A stretch of 64,000 bases of DNA from Escherichia phage sutha: sequence record PV245934.1. One strand, given 5' to 3'. Shown here one piece after another: positions 18,945 through 28,480 of the stretch (positions are counted from its first letter, which is position 1; each line of letters starts with the position of its first letter). The position numbers and the translations under genes are program-made. The notes beneath the pieces are model-generated. The model searched no databases, was not told where the DNA came from, and worked only from the letters and a program-made list of their open reading frames with translations.

Positions 18945-19946
18945 TTACTTAATTAACTGTAAAGCTTGTTCCAAACGATCAAGGCGATTAACAGATTCTT
19001 CCCAAATCCTTTTAGCCTTCTCATATTCTTTCTGCGCTTTATTAGAAATTTCTAGAACTTCTTTATAAGCTTTTTCTAGTGCAATAACTTCTGGACGAAT
19101 TTCTATCGGTTCAGGCGAATCATCAAGATTATCCATTAGTTCCTCAAGTGTAGTTTCTTCTTTAGGAGTATTCACAATTTCATCACATTTTTGTTGGTAA
19201 ATTTCTTTATCAGTCGGTGAATAAGCACATTTCACTTCACGAAGACTAACTACAATTTTGTATCCTTCCCAACCACACGTATTTTTAAAAGGATAAGTAT
19301 GAATATTTTCTACCGTTTCCATACAAAGTAATGCAGTCTCTAATTGCCAAGTTATATCACTAGCAATTGAGAAAAATTTATTAATGTTCTTTTGATTAGT
19401 TTCTGGTGTAAAAAATCTGTAATTAATAAAAATAGCTACTTTGTTTTTATCAAGCTCATATTCTTCTGCTATAATCATATCATCAGCTAATGGATGAATT
19501 TGACGATAACCGCCATAGCATAATTTAGAAGCTGATTTTAGAATTTGCTTCGTAAAACTCCTAAATTCACTAACCCAACGACGAGTAAAAATATTCTCAG
19601 GGTCTTCTTTATTATTGAGATGATAAGAATTAACATCACCGAACCAATTATATCCTACTACATCTTTAGTTCGTTTAATTTCTTTCCCAAATTTACCAAG
19701 AATATCTCTGTTGACTAAGTATGAAAGAAGACGAGACCCTTTAAAGGTTTTCTTAATGTCATCTTTATCTGTACGACTAGAAATTTCACGAACTTCATGA
19801 ATAAATTTGCCAGAAGAAACAATGCTTACATCAATATTATTGAGCCATTGATTGATAATAGAAAGAACACTATTCTGACTAGACATAGGTTTAACTTTAT
19901 CATCAATAACACTGTTGAATGATTTGATATATTCGTTACGAGTCAT
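18945..19946 (-). CDS. hypothetical protein with C-terminal coiled coil (family member 2)
   Basis: Start moved to Met-18 (MTRNEYIKSF, GAGGAG SD) because early promoter -10 lies inside the longer track ORF; shares motif F-x-KQIL-x-SAS-x-L with member 3. Confidence 0.5.
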   Translation of the reverse strand: MTRNEYIKSFNSVIDDKVKPMSSQNSVLSIINQWLNNIDVSIVSSGKFIHEVREISSRTDKDDIKKTFKGSRLLSYLVNRDILGKFGKEIKRTKDVVGYNWFGDVNSYHLNNKEDPENIFTRRWVSEFRSFTKQILKSASKLCYGGYRQIHPLADDMIIAEEYELDKNKVAIFINYRFFTPETNQKNINKFFSIASDITWQLETALLCMETVENIHTYPFKNTCGWEGYKIVVSLREVKCAYSPTDKEIYQQKCDEIVNTPKEETTLEELMDNLDDSPEPIEIRPEVIALEKAYKEVLEISNKAQKEYEKAKRIWEESVNRLDRLEQALQLIK

Positions 19947-19974
19947 ATTAATCTCCTCAGTAGAAAGTAAGAAC

Positions 19975-20004
19975 ATTATACCACATCCTTGTGGCAAAGT
20001 AAAC
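19975..20004 (-). promoter_or_regulatory. T4-type early promoter
   Basis: Minus strand GTTTAC - 18 nt - TATAAT, then GAGGAG SD and ATG at 19946. Confidence 0.55.
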
Positions 20005-21032
20005 TAGTTCAGTGCATTTAGTGCATTGTTCAGTTTAGAACGTTGCTTCGTAAGATTTTTGACTTTTTCTTGAGCTTTTTCTAGTATCTTTTCAGCTTCT
20101 AGCACTTCATTAGTTGCTTTAACGAGTTCATCATCTACTGCCTTGATAGACTTCTCAATCGCATCCGCGTGCCATTTTTCAACAGGTTTAAGACTCGGAT
20201 TTTCAACAGGAAGAAAATTCACTTTATTGAATTTCCATGCATCATTATTACCTGAACTATACATCCAAAATTTAGGATCGTTTGATGAGTAATTGGATAA
20301 ATTTAAATTTAAGTTATCTTGCACTTCTTGCTTTTTCTCTTGCGGGACTTCGTCCTTTCTCAAAAAATCGTATTTAAATGAAACGATCATATCAAGTTCA
20401 TACGTTGTTGTGTCTAATTTAAATCGTTCAAAACGAGGTAAAATCTTAGATTGAACAGCAGCAACAACATCCATATACTTAAATGCTTCTGTCAACTGCG
20501 ATTTAAGGCATTCGCAAATTGAAAGAGAATTTTTTGTATTAGGTTTAAAGCTAATTCGTGCAGTTCTATTATTTTCTTTTAATGGTCTTACTTCCATCTG
20601 AAGAGTATAACCATCAAATTTCAGATTCTTTAAGTTAATATCAGAACCTTTTAACCGACTCGCAGTTGATAAAATTTGCTTTAATTGTCTACGGAACAGA
20701 GCAATAAATCTCCATTCAATACGATAATGATTTGGATTGAAAAATCCAGATGATAAATCGACCTTACTTTGACCAACGCCTTGAACAAATAGAGGATTTT
20801 TATAATCAATAGTTTTACAGAAATCGGTGAGCTGCTCACGGGCCGTCATTTGTGTAATATACCCTGCTTTACTAAAATTACGCACCCATTCACTGCTATT
20901 CGTATACTTAAAGTGATGAATAACACGATTAACTTTATCAGGGTCTAAATTATTTTCACACAAAAATGTCATAGCATCACGAGTATAGCTGGCATTACGA
21001 ACCATATCTTCAATTTGAGAACGAGTTTTCAT
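20004..21032 (-). CDS. hypothetical protein with C-terminal coiled coil (family member 3)
   Basis: 342 aa; MKTRSQ... N-terminus like member 1; central motif shared with member 2. Confidence 0.5.
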   Translation of the reverse strand: MKTRSQIEDMVRNASYTRDAMTFLCENNLDPDKVNRVIHHFKYTNSSEWVRNFSKAGYITQMTAREQLTDFCKTIDYKNPLFVQGVGQSKVDLSSGFFNPNHYRIEWRFIALFRRQLKQILSTASRLKGSDINLKNLKFDGYTLQMEVRPLKENNRTARISFKPNTKNSLSICECLKSQLTEAFKYMDVVAAVQSKILPRFERFKLDTTTYELDMIVSFKYDFLRKDEVPQEKKQEVQDNLNLNLSNYSSNDPKFWMYSSGNNDAWKFNKVNFLPVENPSLKPVEKWHADAIEKSIKAVDDELVKATNEVLEAEKILEKAQEKVKNLTKQRSKLNNALNALN

Positions 21033-21040
21033 GGTATTCC

Positions 21041-21949
21041 TTAAGATTTAAGTAAATCAACAATTTTAATTAACTTTTCACGCTCAGATTTAGCTTTACT
21101 ACTCAGTCCAGATAGTCTGAAAATTTCATCATCATATTGTTGAATAGAAATATTCAGCTCTTCAATCTGCTTATTAAAATAATCAATTTGTTCAGAATGT
21201 TTTTCGTTACTACGAACTGGTACAGGTTTTGCAGGCAATGTAGTTGAACTGGATTCATCCGGGCGATAAATTAAAATACAACTTGAACCAATAGGGCATT
21301 TTGCACCAGATGAATATTCTAATGTTCCAGCTTCTTTTAAAACTTCAAAAGCTAAACAGAGATGATGCCCCATATTAACATAATCTGTAGAGTGAGCTCT
21401 GATGTAATAATCATCTCCACGAGTACTAAATTTAAAGCATTTAAGGTCTTCTGTATTATTGGTCTTAAAAATCATTTGTTTATCTAGACCTTTAGCTAAT
21501 CGAGCACCTAATGCTAATAATCGTCGTTGATTTTCCCACAAATCTGCGATCATTTGGTCAAATGATAATTTCGGCATTAGTCGACCATAAAGGTCATATC
21601 CTTTATTATAATTGCGAAGGATTTCACTCGCATTAATACGAGACAACGCTCCAATTTTATTAAGGGCTTTCATAATGCGATTAGATAAAAGCATTCCAGA
21701 CCCGTTTGTTCGTTGTAAATGTTTTTCTAATCCAAATCCAATATCAACTTTAAACTTATCTAAAATTTCGGCGTGAACATCTTTATCAATAACATTTAAA
21801 TTTAGTACTGGGTTAAATTTATGAAAAAATTTATCTGACTCGTCGTGTTGAAGTACAGTCCATTCATTTGATTTTTTATTAACTAAAGATTTAATTACTG
21901 CATTGACATTATTAATTGCTACTGACATATTTTCCTCACTCAATTTCAA
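21041..21949 (-). CDS. hypothetical protein with C-terminal coiled coil (family member 4)
   Basis: 302 aa; heptad-rich C-terminus; membership in family is by architecture only. Confidence 0.45.
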   Translation of the reverse strand: MKLSEENMSVAINNVNAVIKSLVNKKSNEWTVLQHDESDKFFHKFNPVLNLNVIDKDVHAEILDKFKVDIGFGLEKHLQRTNGSGMLLSNRIMKALNKIGALSRINASEILRNYNKGYDLYGRLMPKLSFDQMIADLWENQRRLLALGARLAKGLDKQMIFKTNNTEDLKCFKFSTRGDDYYIRAHSTDYVNMGHHLCLAFEVLKEAGTLEYSSGAKCPIGSSCILIYRPDESSSTTLPAKPVPVRSNEKHSEQIDYFNKQIEELNISIQQYDDEIFRLSGLSSKAKSEREKLIKIVDLLKS

Positions 21950-22343
21950 TTTTACTAAATATACAGAATAAGATGGAACAGACTATATAAGCACCACACA
22001 CAGATTGAACTAATACCATTCCAAAGAACCAAACAATATTATCAAACAGTGTCTGTTTTACGTCGAAAGGACGTAAACTTACAGTAATATTATCACCTTT
22101 TTCTATTGAAGAATACATCTCTGGGGAAATATATTCACTAAATCTATAACCGTCTTTGAGTTCATATACGGCAATAAACGATAAACTAGACCCTTTTCCT
22201 TGTGTTCCTGTAATGGTATTAACTACAGTAACATCATAATCTTTATAATGCATATAATCATTAATAGCATAATAACCGTATGCAACTACTACGCATAAAC
22301 AACATATCAATAAATTCAATCTTTTAATTATCAACTGTTTCAT
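21936..22343 (-). CDS. membrane protein (135 aa, N- and C-terminal TM helices)
   Basis: Hydrophobic segments LLICCLCVVVAYGYYAI and IVWFFGMVLVQSVCGAYIVCSILFCIF. Confidence 0.45.
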   Translation of the reverse strand: MKQLIIKRLNLLICCLCVVVAYGYYAINDYMHYKDYDVTVVNTITGTQGKGSSLSFIAVYELKDGYRFSEYISPEMYSSIEKGDNITVSLRPFDVKQTLFDNIVWFFGMVLVQSVCGAYIVCSILFCIFSKIEIE

Positions 22344-22398
22344 AATAATCTCAATTAAAAGGGCTTAGAACCATTATACCATCCTTGGTATAAAGCGG

Positions 22399-22926
22399 TT
22401 ATGCGAGTACCGTCTTTAACCGTTCTTCAAACTTCCGAAGAGTATTTTGGCGTTCAGCTCTTTGCTTTTTGTAAGTTTCAATACGCTCTGAAATGAGAGT
22501 GTATCGTTCATTTACTGATTCTTTCATAAAATCAGGAATTTCACGAGAAGCTTTAATCTCATCAAATTTATCAATAACAGCTTGCTCTTCAGCAATTAAG
22601 TTATCATACATCAAAATATCTTTCTTGATGAACTCAATATCTTCTTGAGTTACACGAGATAATTTAGATGCTTTATCCTTTTTGTACTGTTCGTTAGTAT
22701 CACGAGACCAGTGTAATGTACGATTTTTATTCGTATTCTTGTAAATTTCTACAATACCAATCTCATCAATAATAACGATCCAATTCCAACGGGATTTGTA
22801 AATTTGTCCTCCATCAACAGTGATTTCACCTCCGATTGAGATGTCATTAAAGAACTTGCTTTGTGCTTCAGATTTAAATTTACCATCGTTGTAATTTACC
22901 AAGTTGAAAATATCTTTAGCGTTCAT
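22399..22926 (-). CDS. hypothetical protein (175 aa)
   Basis: ORF with GGAGG SD directly downstream of early promoter. Confidence 0.5.
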   Translation of the reverse strand: MNAKDIFNLVNYNDGKFKSEAQSKFFNDISIGGEITVDGGQIYKSRWNWIVIIDEIGIVEIYKNTNKNRTLHWSRDTNEQYKKDKASKLSRVTQEDIEFIKKDILMYDNLIAEEQAVIDKFDEIKASREIPDFMKESVNERYTLISERIETYKKQRAERQNTLRKFEERLKTVLA

Positions 22927-22954
22927 TTTCTGTTCCTCCGTAGTTGATAGTTGT

Positions 22955-22984
22955 ATAGTACCACAGAGGAACAGTCTTGTAAAC
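22955..22984 (-). promoter_or_regulatory. T4-type early promoter
   Basis: GTTTAC - 18 nt - TACTAT on minus strand. Confidence 0.55.
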
Positions 22985-22986
22985 CA

Positions 22987-23301
22987 CTAAAAGAAACTTC
23001 TTTCACAATTTTTTCCACTGAACCAAGCGCTCACTGCTTTCTTAGTCTCAGGAGCAGTGTTATCCATAAACCATTCAAAGGCAGCCTTTTTATGATTCTG
23101 GAGGGCTTCTCGGGCTTTAATCTGCTCACGGTCTATTAACACTAACATATGAGCCTTTCTTGTCACCAGGGGCTTCTTATGATTTTTTGAATATTCCCAA
23201 TCATTTGTCCATCGCATCGTTGTTGCGAACTGAAATACTGCTTCTTTAATTTTAGTTTCGTAAATTTCACGAGCCTTTGAGTATAACATCATTACCTCCA
23301 T
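22987..23301 (-). CDS. hypothetical protein (104 aa)
   Basis: Minus-strand ORF. Confidence 0.45.
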   Translation of the reverse strand: MEVMMLYSKAREIYETKIKEAVFQFATTMRWTNDWEYSKNHKKPLVTRKAHMLVLIDREQIKAREALQNHKKAAFEWFMDNTAPETKKAVSAWFSGKNCERSFF

Positions 23302-23391
23302 TTACCAGTTTAATTCTAGTCATCTTTTTAACGGCAGTCCATATAATCTATTTCTGAACTGCCTTTTTGTCTTAGAAGGCCTCTTATGAAT

Positions 23392-24372
23392 TTATTTCAG
23401 AAGAGTAACCTCAGCGATTTCTTGCCAACCGTTTTTGTCGGTCATAATAAAGTCAGCAAGATACAGAGCAGTACGCAGTGAAACATTGCGTAAACGATTA
23501 ACATTGACTTTCATCCATGATAATGCTTTATAAGTTTCTTCATCAGAAAGACCGCGCTTTTGCATCATGTCGGTTGAAAGAATAACATCTTCAACCCTGA
23601 CCATAATTTCTTCATTAGTGTGAACACCCAAATCCAAATAAACTGAGCGGGACACTAATGCTTGTAAATGTGGAGCAAGTTTAGTACCACGGTCTAATTC
23701 GCGGTCAATGTCAACGTTTGTGATAAAAACAATCGTTCCTTTAAATTCAAACTCACGCTCAATGCCTTTTTCTTCTAAGTAAGAAGATGCGGTGCTCCAG
23801 CAGACTTTACGGGTCTCTCCAGTGTCCAGAGCAGCTTTCAGAAGATTAAGAATGTCCATATCAGAGAAAACATCCACATCATCAATCAAAAGGACAGAAT
23901 TCTCTTCACGATTATTCCAAAGCTGTTCATAAAGACCGATACCAGAGATTTTACCATTAATGCTTTTATATTCAATGTATCCATTATCATTTGCTTTATT
24001 CAAAGCTTTATCTAAAGAATACGTTTTACCAATACCCGCCGCACCAGAGATAATCAATGAACGAATATTTCCGTTAATAATACCATTCGTCATCATTCCC
24101 ATAACATTAAATCTTTTATTAATGCGGGTTTTCATATCTTCATATGATTCTTTAACTTCTTCAACTTTTACACCATCATATGAAATATCTGATTTGTAAA
24201 CCCAAACACCGCGACGTTTACCGTCAATTTCAACAAAAACTTTACCATCTCCTTGTGCATCTACCGGAGCATTATCTGGGAACCATTCGCCTAAGAGCTC
24301 AAAAGTTCCAGAGATTTCTTTACCGAAGTAGATACCCTTATTGATAGTTACAGTTTTCATTTTATTCTCCAA
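23392..24372 (-). CDS. P-loop NTPase (AAA-like ATPase)
   Basis: 326 aa; Walker A GAAGIGKT, Walker B VLLIDDVD. Confidence 0.65.
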   Translation of the reverse strand: MENKMKTVTINKGIYFGKEISGTFELLGEWFPDNAPVDAQGDGKVFVEIDGKRRGVWVYKSDISYDGVKVEEVKESYEDMKTRINKRFNVMGMMTNGIINGNIRSLIISGAAGIGKTYSLDKALNKANDNGYIEYKSINGKISGIGLYEQLWNNREENSVLLIDDVDVFSDMDILNLLKAALDTGETRKVCWSTASSYLEEKGIEREFEFKGTIVFITNVDIDRELDRGTKLAPHLQALVSRSVYLDLGVHTNEEIMVRVEDVILSTDMMQKRGLSDEETYKALSWMKVNVNRLRNVSLRTALYLADFIMTDKNGWQEIAEVTLLK

Positions 24373-24396
24373 TTTTACATTTGTTTTGATAGGGTA

Positions 24397-24426
24397 ATAG
24401 TATCACACTACTACCCTGCTGTAAAC
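24397..24426 (-). promoter_or_regulatory. T4-type early promoter embedded in palindrome (PeSL-like cassette)
   Basis: GTTTAC - 18 nt - TACTAT; -10 flanked by inverted repeat AGGGTA...TACCCT. Confidence 0.55.
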
Positions 24427-24429
24427 AAT

Positions 24430-24693
24430 TTATTTTAATGTTTGCCAAATTTTTACTGCTTCGCGACGAGATACTTCTACGGCGCCAAGTTCTATAGCTT
24501 TTTGGCGTCGCCGAGCGTGTAAGTCATAATGTTTAATGCGTTTATCTTGAAACCAAGAACGTTTCATTCCTATTGCTTCTGCCATTTCGTGAAGCTCTTC
24601 AATATCTCCATCAGTGAACATATGACAATTTTTAGTTGGATGACCGCGAAGTTTCCATCCATGATTCATTAAAACATCTACGTAAACTGTCAT
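24430..24693 (-). CDS. hypothetical basic protein (87 aa)
   Basis: ORF; start overlaps stop of an upstream 49-aa ORF (about 24690-24839) in ATGA fashion. Confidence 0.45.
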   Translation of the reverse strand: MTVYVDVLMNHGWKLRGHPTKNCHMFTDGDIEELHEMAEAIGMKRSWFQDKRIKHYDLHARRRQKAIELGAVEVSRREAVKIWQTLK

Positions 24694-24875
24694 TGATTCT
24701 TCTCCAAATAAGTTTCGATAATTTTCTGGGCGAGATAAACCGCGTTATCTTCAGTTGCGTCTTCTAAGAAACTTTCAAAACACTCTGAAATTTCTTCTGT
24801 ATCAATCAACTTTTTTACTTCAATTGGTGTAATTTTCATTTTGTTTTCCGTTTAAGTGTTTGTTTTGATAGTTGT

Positions 24876-24905
24876 ATAGTACCATAAAGCTTTATGCTTG
24901 TAAAC
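24876..24905 (-). promoter_or_regulatory. T4-type early promoter
   Basis: GTTTAC - 18 nt - TACTAT on minus strand. Confidence 0.55.
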
Positions 24906-24937
24906 CATTTTGTGAAAAAATTTTGAAATAAAAAAAA

Positions 24938-24953
24938 GGAGCCCGAAGGCTCC
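24938..24953 (-). terminator. rho-independent terminator (UUCG tetraloop) downstream of nucleotidyltransferase gene
   Basis: GGAGCC-CGAA-GGCTCC followed by U8 in minus-strand RNA. Confidence 0.6.
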
Positions 24954-24956
24954 CTA

Positions 24957-25970
24957 TCATTTATAATAACTTCGGTGGTTTTCAAGATAAACCCTCTCAA
25001 GGAAGTCATCCCAGAAACCCATGTCTACTTTTTGCTGCATACCGTTCTTAGAAGCTTCAATGGATGCTGCTTCTACTTGATCGACCACATCTTCCAAAAA
25101 CTCTTGAACAGTTTTAAATGGATGCTTACCCAGCTTCACGTCGAGAATAAATGGAGCATCTTGGAGTGGATAAACCAAGTCACCAGTTTTGTAAATTTCC
25201 AATAGTTGAAGTCCACCACGGCAGGCATGGCTCAGAGCTTTCCAGTCAATGCCTTCGTTGGCTTCGGCCTTACGAGCACGTTCACCGTATTCAGCATCTA
25301 ATTTGTTCAGTGACTGCTTAAGCTCAATAAGAGAAAGCGTTGTCTGATATTTACGACCCAACACAGTGTAGAACGTTTGCGGGCCTGTTTTCTCATGATT
25401 ATGGAACACCCATTCACAGAATTCGTTTTCTGGAAGACGATGCTTAATATCTTCAACTTTAGTACGACGCTGCTTAATGGAACCGTCTTCTTGGTAATCA
25501 ACCCATTGCTCAGGGATTTGATTAACTACTTTCAATACATCGCGTAATGCAGCCAAACGAGAACCCTTGACACCGTATTTAGAAGCTTGCTTGCGGACAT
25601 ATCCTAAATAGGATTTCATGTTAGTCGTATAAAAACGAGAACGGTTGTCTTGAATAAACTTCCACACATCAGGCAAATCAGATTTAACCACTAGCTCAGG
25701 TGGAGTGTGGAGCATATCCAATGCTACAGTTTCACCATCTGCTGCTAATTTAAAGAAATATTTAAGACTGTATAGTTCATGGTCAATATCATCTTTAGTG
25801 TTTTTAGATGATGTGTTGTTAGTGTTTTTACTCATATGCTCTTTAACATTTCCGATAAGAATATCGCGAGCAGGAGGAACAAAGATTTCTTTAAAATCTA
25901 CATCAGATTCTGGAGTAGAAGTTCCATAAAGATGACTACCAAAATAGCTTTTCATTACTGTTTTCATCAT
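24957..25970 (-). CDS. predicted nucleotidyltransferase (Pol-beta-like fold)
   Basis: 337 aa; N-terminal motif FGSHLYGTSTPESDVDF = hG[GS]-x10-DxD, the minimal NTase signature. Confidence 0.55.
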   Translation of the reverse strand: MMKTVMKSYFGSHLYGTSTPESDVDFKEIFVPPARDILIGNVKEHMSKNTNNTSSKNTKDDIDHELYSLKYFFKLAADGETVALDMLHTPPELVVKSDLPDVWKFIQDNRSRFYTTNMKSYLGYVRKQASKYGVKGSRLAALRDVLKVVNQIPEQWVDYQEDGSIKQRRTKVEDIKHRLPENEFCEWVFHNHEKTGPQTFYTVLGRKYQTTLSLIELKQSLNKLDAEYGERARKAEANEGIDWKALSHACRGGLQLLEIYKTGDLVYPLQDAPFILDVKLGKHPFKTVQEFLEDVVDQVEAASIEASKNGMQQKVDMGFWDDFLERVYLENHRSYYK

Positions 25971-26437
25971 TCAGCCTTATATTCAATAACAGGACATACT
26001 TTAGCTTTACGCGCTTTTAAAAATTCGACGATAATAGACTTCTTGGGTTGAATAGGAGGTAAACCTTTATACGCCCTATCAATATTTTCTACATGTAAAG
26101 CATAATCCTTTTTCCATTTATAATCTTTATAATCTTTATATTTTTCATGCAGTTGTGCAGGAATAACAAATGAACCAATAATAAGTAAAACAAGCAAAAT
26201 AGCAAGTATAAATGCTGATGGAATAAGAGTCCATAAACTACCAAAAATAAGCCATTTCTGCATGATTTCTGCGCAGATGATAGTTAGACCTGCTAGTATA
26301 GTACATCCGAAAAAAGAAACGAAAAATGTAGGAATAACAATAGACCAAAAATACGCGCACAGTGTCTTAGGTCGTTTCCATTCATCATTAAACATTTTGA
26401 ATAATTTATAGTGCCAAGAGCTTTCATTAATAATCAT
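25967..26437 (-). CDS. integral membrane protein (156 aa, about 4 TM helices)
   Basis: Multiple long hydrophobic segments; start coupled to NTase gene. Confidence 0.5.
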   Translation of the reverse strand: MIINESSWHYKLFKMFNDEWKRPKTLCAYFWSIVIPTFFVSFFGCTILAGLTIICAEIMQKWLIFGSLWTLIPSAFILAILLVLLIIGSFVIPAQLHEKYKDYKDYKWKKDYALHVENIDRAYKGLPPIQPKKSIIVEFLKARKAKVCPVIEYKAE

Positions 26438-26439
26438 AA

Positions 26440-26961
26440 TTATCCTTTCATTGAAGGTGTAACAGTTGTTAAATACTTAATCATAGCTTCAGCTTCTGAT
26501 TTTGATAATGAAATTTCTCCATTGTTTTGACGAATAGAAATAAAATCCGGATGACGGTCACCACCAGCTTTTAAAACACACATATAAGTATCAGTTTCAT
26601 CTTCAATATCTGAAATGATTGAAGCAGTTCCACATGAATGTGGTTTTTGATAAATCAATGCAGCTTTTCTTCCACCGTTTGACTGCTCATAGGCTTTTAA
26701 TACATCAAGCAAATCAGTTCTTTTATCAATAGCTAAGATGTTGTTTTCATCTTCAATGTTAAATCCTTCGGATACTTCATAAAGTGTCACCCATAAATCG
26801 CCAATATCAATGACAGCATTCACCTTTCCATGATTTTCAAGAGCATTACAAATTTTCTTGATTTCGTCATAACTCATTTTAATAATATCATCTCCTTGAA
26901 TAAGGAAGATGTCATTTTTAAATTTAACACGAATTAAACCACTTTCACTTGAAATAAACAT
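26440..26961 (-). CDS. hypothetical protein (173 aa), paralog of 26968-27522
   Basis: C-terminus SKSEAEAMIKYLTTVTPSMKG aligns with KDEAIALKTYLDSVIPTMISK of neighbour. Confidence 0.5.
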   Translation of the reverse strand: MFISSESGLIRVKFKNDIFLIQGDDIIKMSYDEIKKICNALENHGKVNAVIDIGDLWVTLYEVSEGFNIEDENNILAIDKRTDLLDVLKAYEQSNGGRKAALIYQKPHSCGTASIISDIEDETDTYMCVLKAGGDRHPDFISIRQNNGEISLSKSEAEAMIKYLTTVTPSMKG

Positions 26962-26967
26962 ATTTCC

Positions 26968-27522
26968 TCACTTTGAAATCATAGTTGGAATGACAGAATC
27001 AAGATAAGTCTTTAGCGCAATAGCTTCGTCTTTGGTAAATGTGACAATATGCGATCGAAAATCATCAATTTGGCGAATAGTTAAGACATCTCCCTCTTCA
27101 TAGCATTTTGATACATTTAAAAGAGTTTCATCATTCTGATTGCAAGCGTTAGTAATAATAGCATTGCAATTTTTAAGCCATTTTAAACTACGTTTTCTTT
27201 CATTAGAATAATAAAAATATTTAATCTTAGCTATAAAACTATCCCAATGGATAACTGATAAGCATATTGACTCGCTTTCAATATTAAATCCTGGGCATGA
27301 AGAATAAAAATGAATTTTATGCTCATCATTAATGCTTACAATTTTATCAGTATAAGGATTTTCAATTTGGGTTAAATGAATGATTTCACTAGGCGTAAAA
27401 TATAGCATATCGTCTTCTTGTGTCAAACGATACATATTATTTACTTTTTCTATAGCCAATTCACCAAAAAGTGAACTAACTTCTAATACTAATCGTTTCA
27501 TATTAATCCTTTTTATTGGCAC
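26968..27522 (-). CDS. hypothetical protein (184 aa), paralog of 26440-26961
   Basis: Shared C-terminal motif with adjacent ORF. Confidence 0.5.
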   Translation of the reverse strand: MPIKRINMKRLVLEVSSLFGELAIEKVNNMYRLTQEDDMLYFTPSEIIHLTQIENPYTDKIVSINDEHKIHFYSSCPGFNIESESICLSVIHWDSFIAKIKYFYYSNERKRSLKWLKNCNAIITNACNQNDETLLNVSKCYEEGDVLTIRQIDDFRSHIVTFTKDEAIALKTYLDSVIPTMISK

Positions 27523-27781
27523 GAATTTGTTCTAAAATTTTAGAGTATTCCTTTGTATCAGATTTACGTACAATCGATACACAATAAGGCATACTGTCGG
27601 TGTCTTTTATAAAGCGTTCCAAATGACACTCTAATAAAATTTCTGGATTATAAATCGTGTACATCAAATTACCTGTTGCTCCACGATATTGACAGATTTC
27701 TACTGATTGAACACCATTCCATAATTTTGTTAAGACCAAATCACCTACTTCTAATTTAGGAAAGCCCATGTTATTCACCAA
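27503..27781 (-). CDS. hypothetical protein (92 aa)
   Basis: Minus-strand ORF. Confidence 0.4.
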   Translation of the reverse strand: MVNNMGFPKLEVGDLVLTKLWNGVQSVEICQYRGATGNLMYTIYNPEILLECHLERFIKDTDSMPYCVSIVRKSDTKEYSKILEQIRANKKD

Positions 27782-27956
27782 TTAAAGTTTCAATATAAGA
27801 ATCAAGATTTACTTTAGCTTCTTCCATAAGAGTTTTGTATTTAATCTTGTTAGCATGTCCGGAGAAAGCTGATTCATCAATAATTGTTGATGTATGAACA
27901 GCTTTACTATACGTCTCAATTAATTCTCTTAATTTAAAAGCCTGCTCACTTGTCAT
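27771..27956 (-). CDS. hypothetical protein (61 aa)
   Basis: Minus-strand ORF. Confidence 0.4.
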   Translation of the reverse strand: MTSEQAFKLRELIETYSKAVHTSTIIDESAFSGHANKIKYKTLMEEAKVNLDSYIETLIGE

Positions 27957-28088
27957 TACATACTCCTCTGAATCATATCAATAATGTTGTTCACCAGATT
28001 ATAAGTAAACAAAGGATAATTATATTGAATCATCACATACACAACAAACAAAATTTTCATTCTCTTCTCCTTGGCAGTTGACAAGATT

Positions 28089-28118
28089 ACTATACCATAA
28101 CCTTGTCAACTTGTAAAC
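28089..28118 (-). promoter_or_regulatory. T4-type early promoter within inverted repeat TTGACAAG...CTTGTCAA
   Basis: GTTTAC - 18 nt - TATAGT; -10 sits inside 8-bp inverted repeat. Confidence 0.5.
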
Positions 28119-28283
28119 CGTTAAATGACGTTTTCAATAAAATTCTGGAGTTTTGTGTGAGCATCAACCATGATTTTCATTTCTTCTTTTGCGAAAGCTG
28201 TACCTCTTTCCCGAGCAGAATACTCATAGTCAGAAACTGCATTAGCATATTCTTCAATTAGCTTCATTAAAAACATCTGCTTT

Positions 28284-28478
28284 TCAGTTTTCATTATTCC
28301 ACCTAATCATTTCAAGATATTGAACTAACTTAGCTTTAGATTTATCCAAATCCTTTTTAGCTGCTGCTATACCTTCGTATGAATATCCTTCACAATGCTC
28401 AACTGCCAATTGGTATGAATCTATTTCAACATCACGTACTAATTTAATGATTTTTTCAAACTGTTCGCGTGTCAGCAT
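28284..28478 (-). CDS. hypothetical protein (64 aa)
   Basis: Minus-strand ORF. Confidence 0.4.
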   Translation of the reverse strand: MLTREQFEKIIKLVRDVEIDSYQLAVEHCEGYSYEGIAAAKKDLDKSKAKLVQYLEMIRWNNEN

Positions 28479-28480
28479 AC

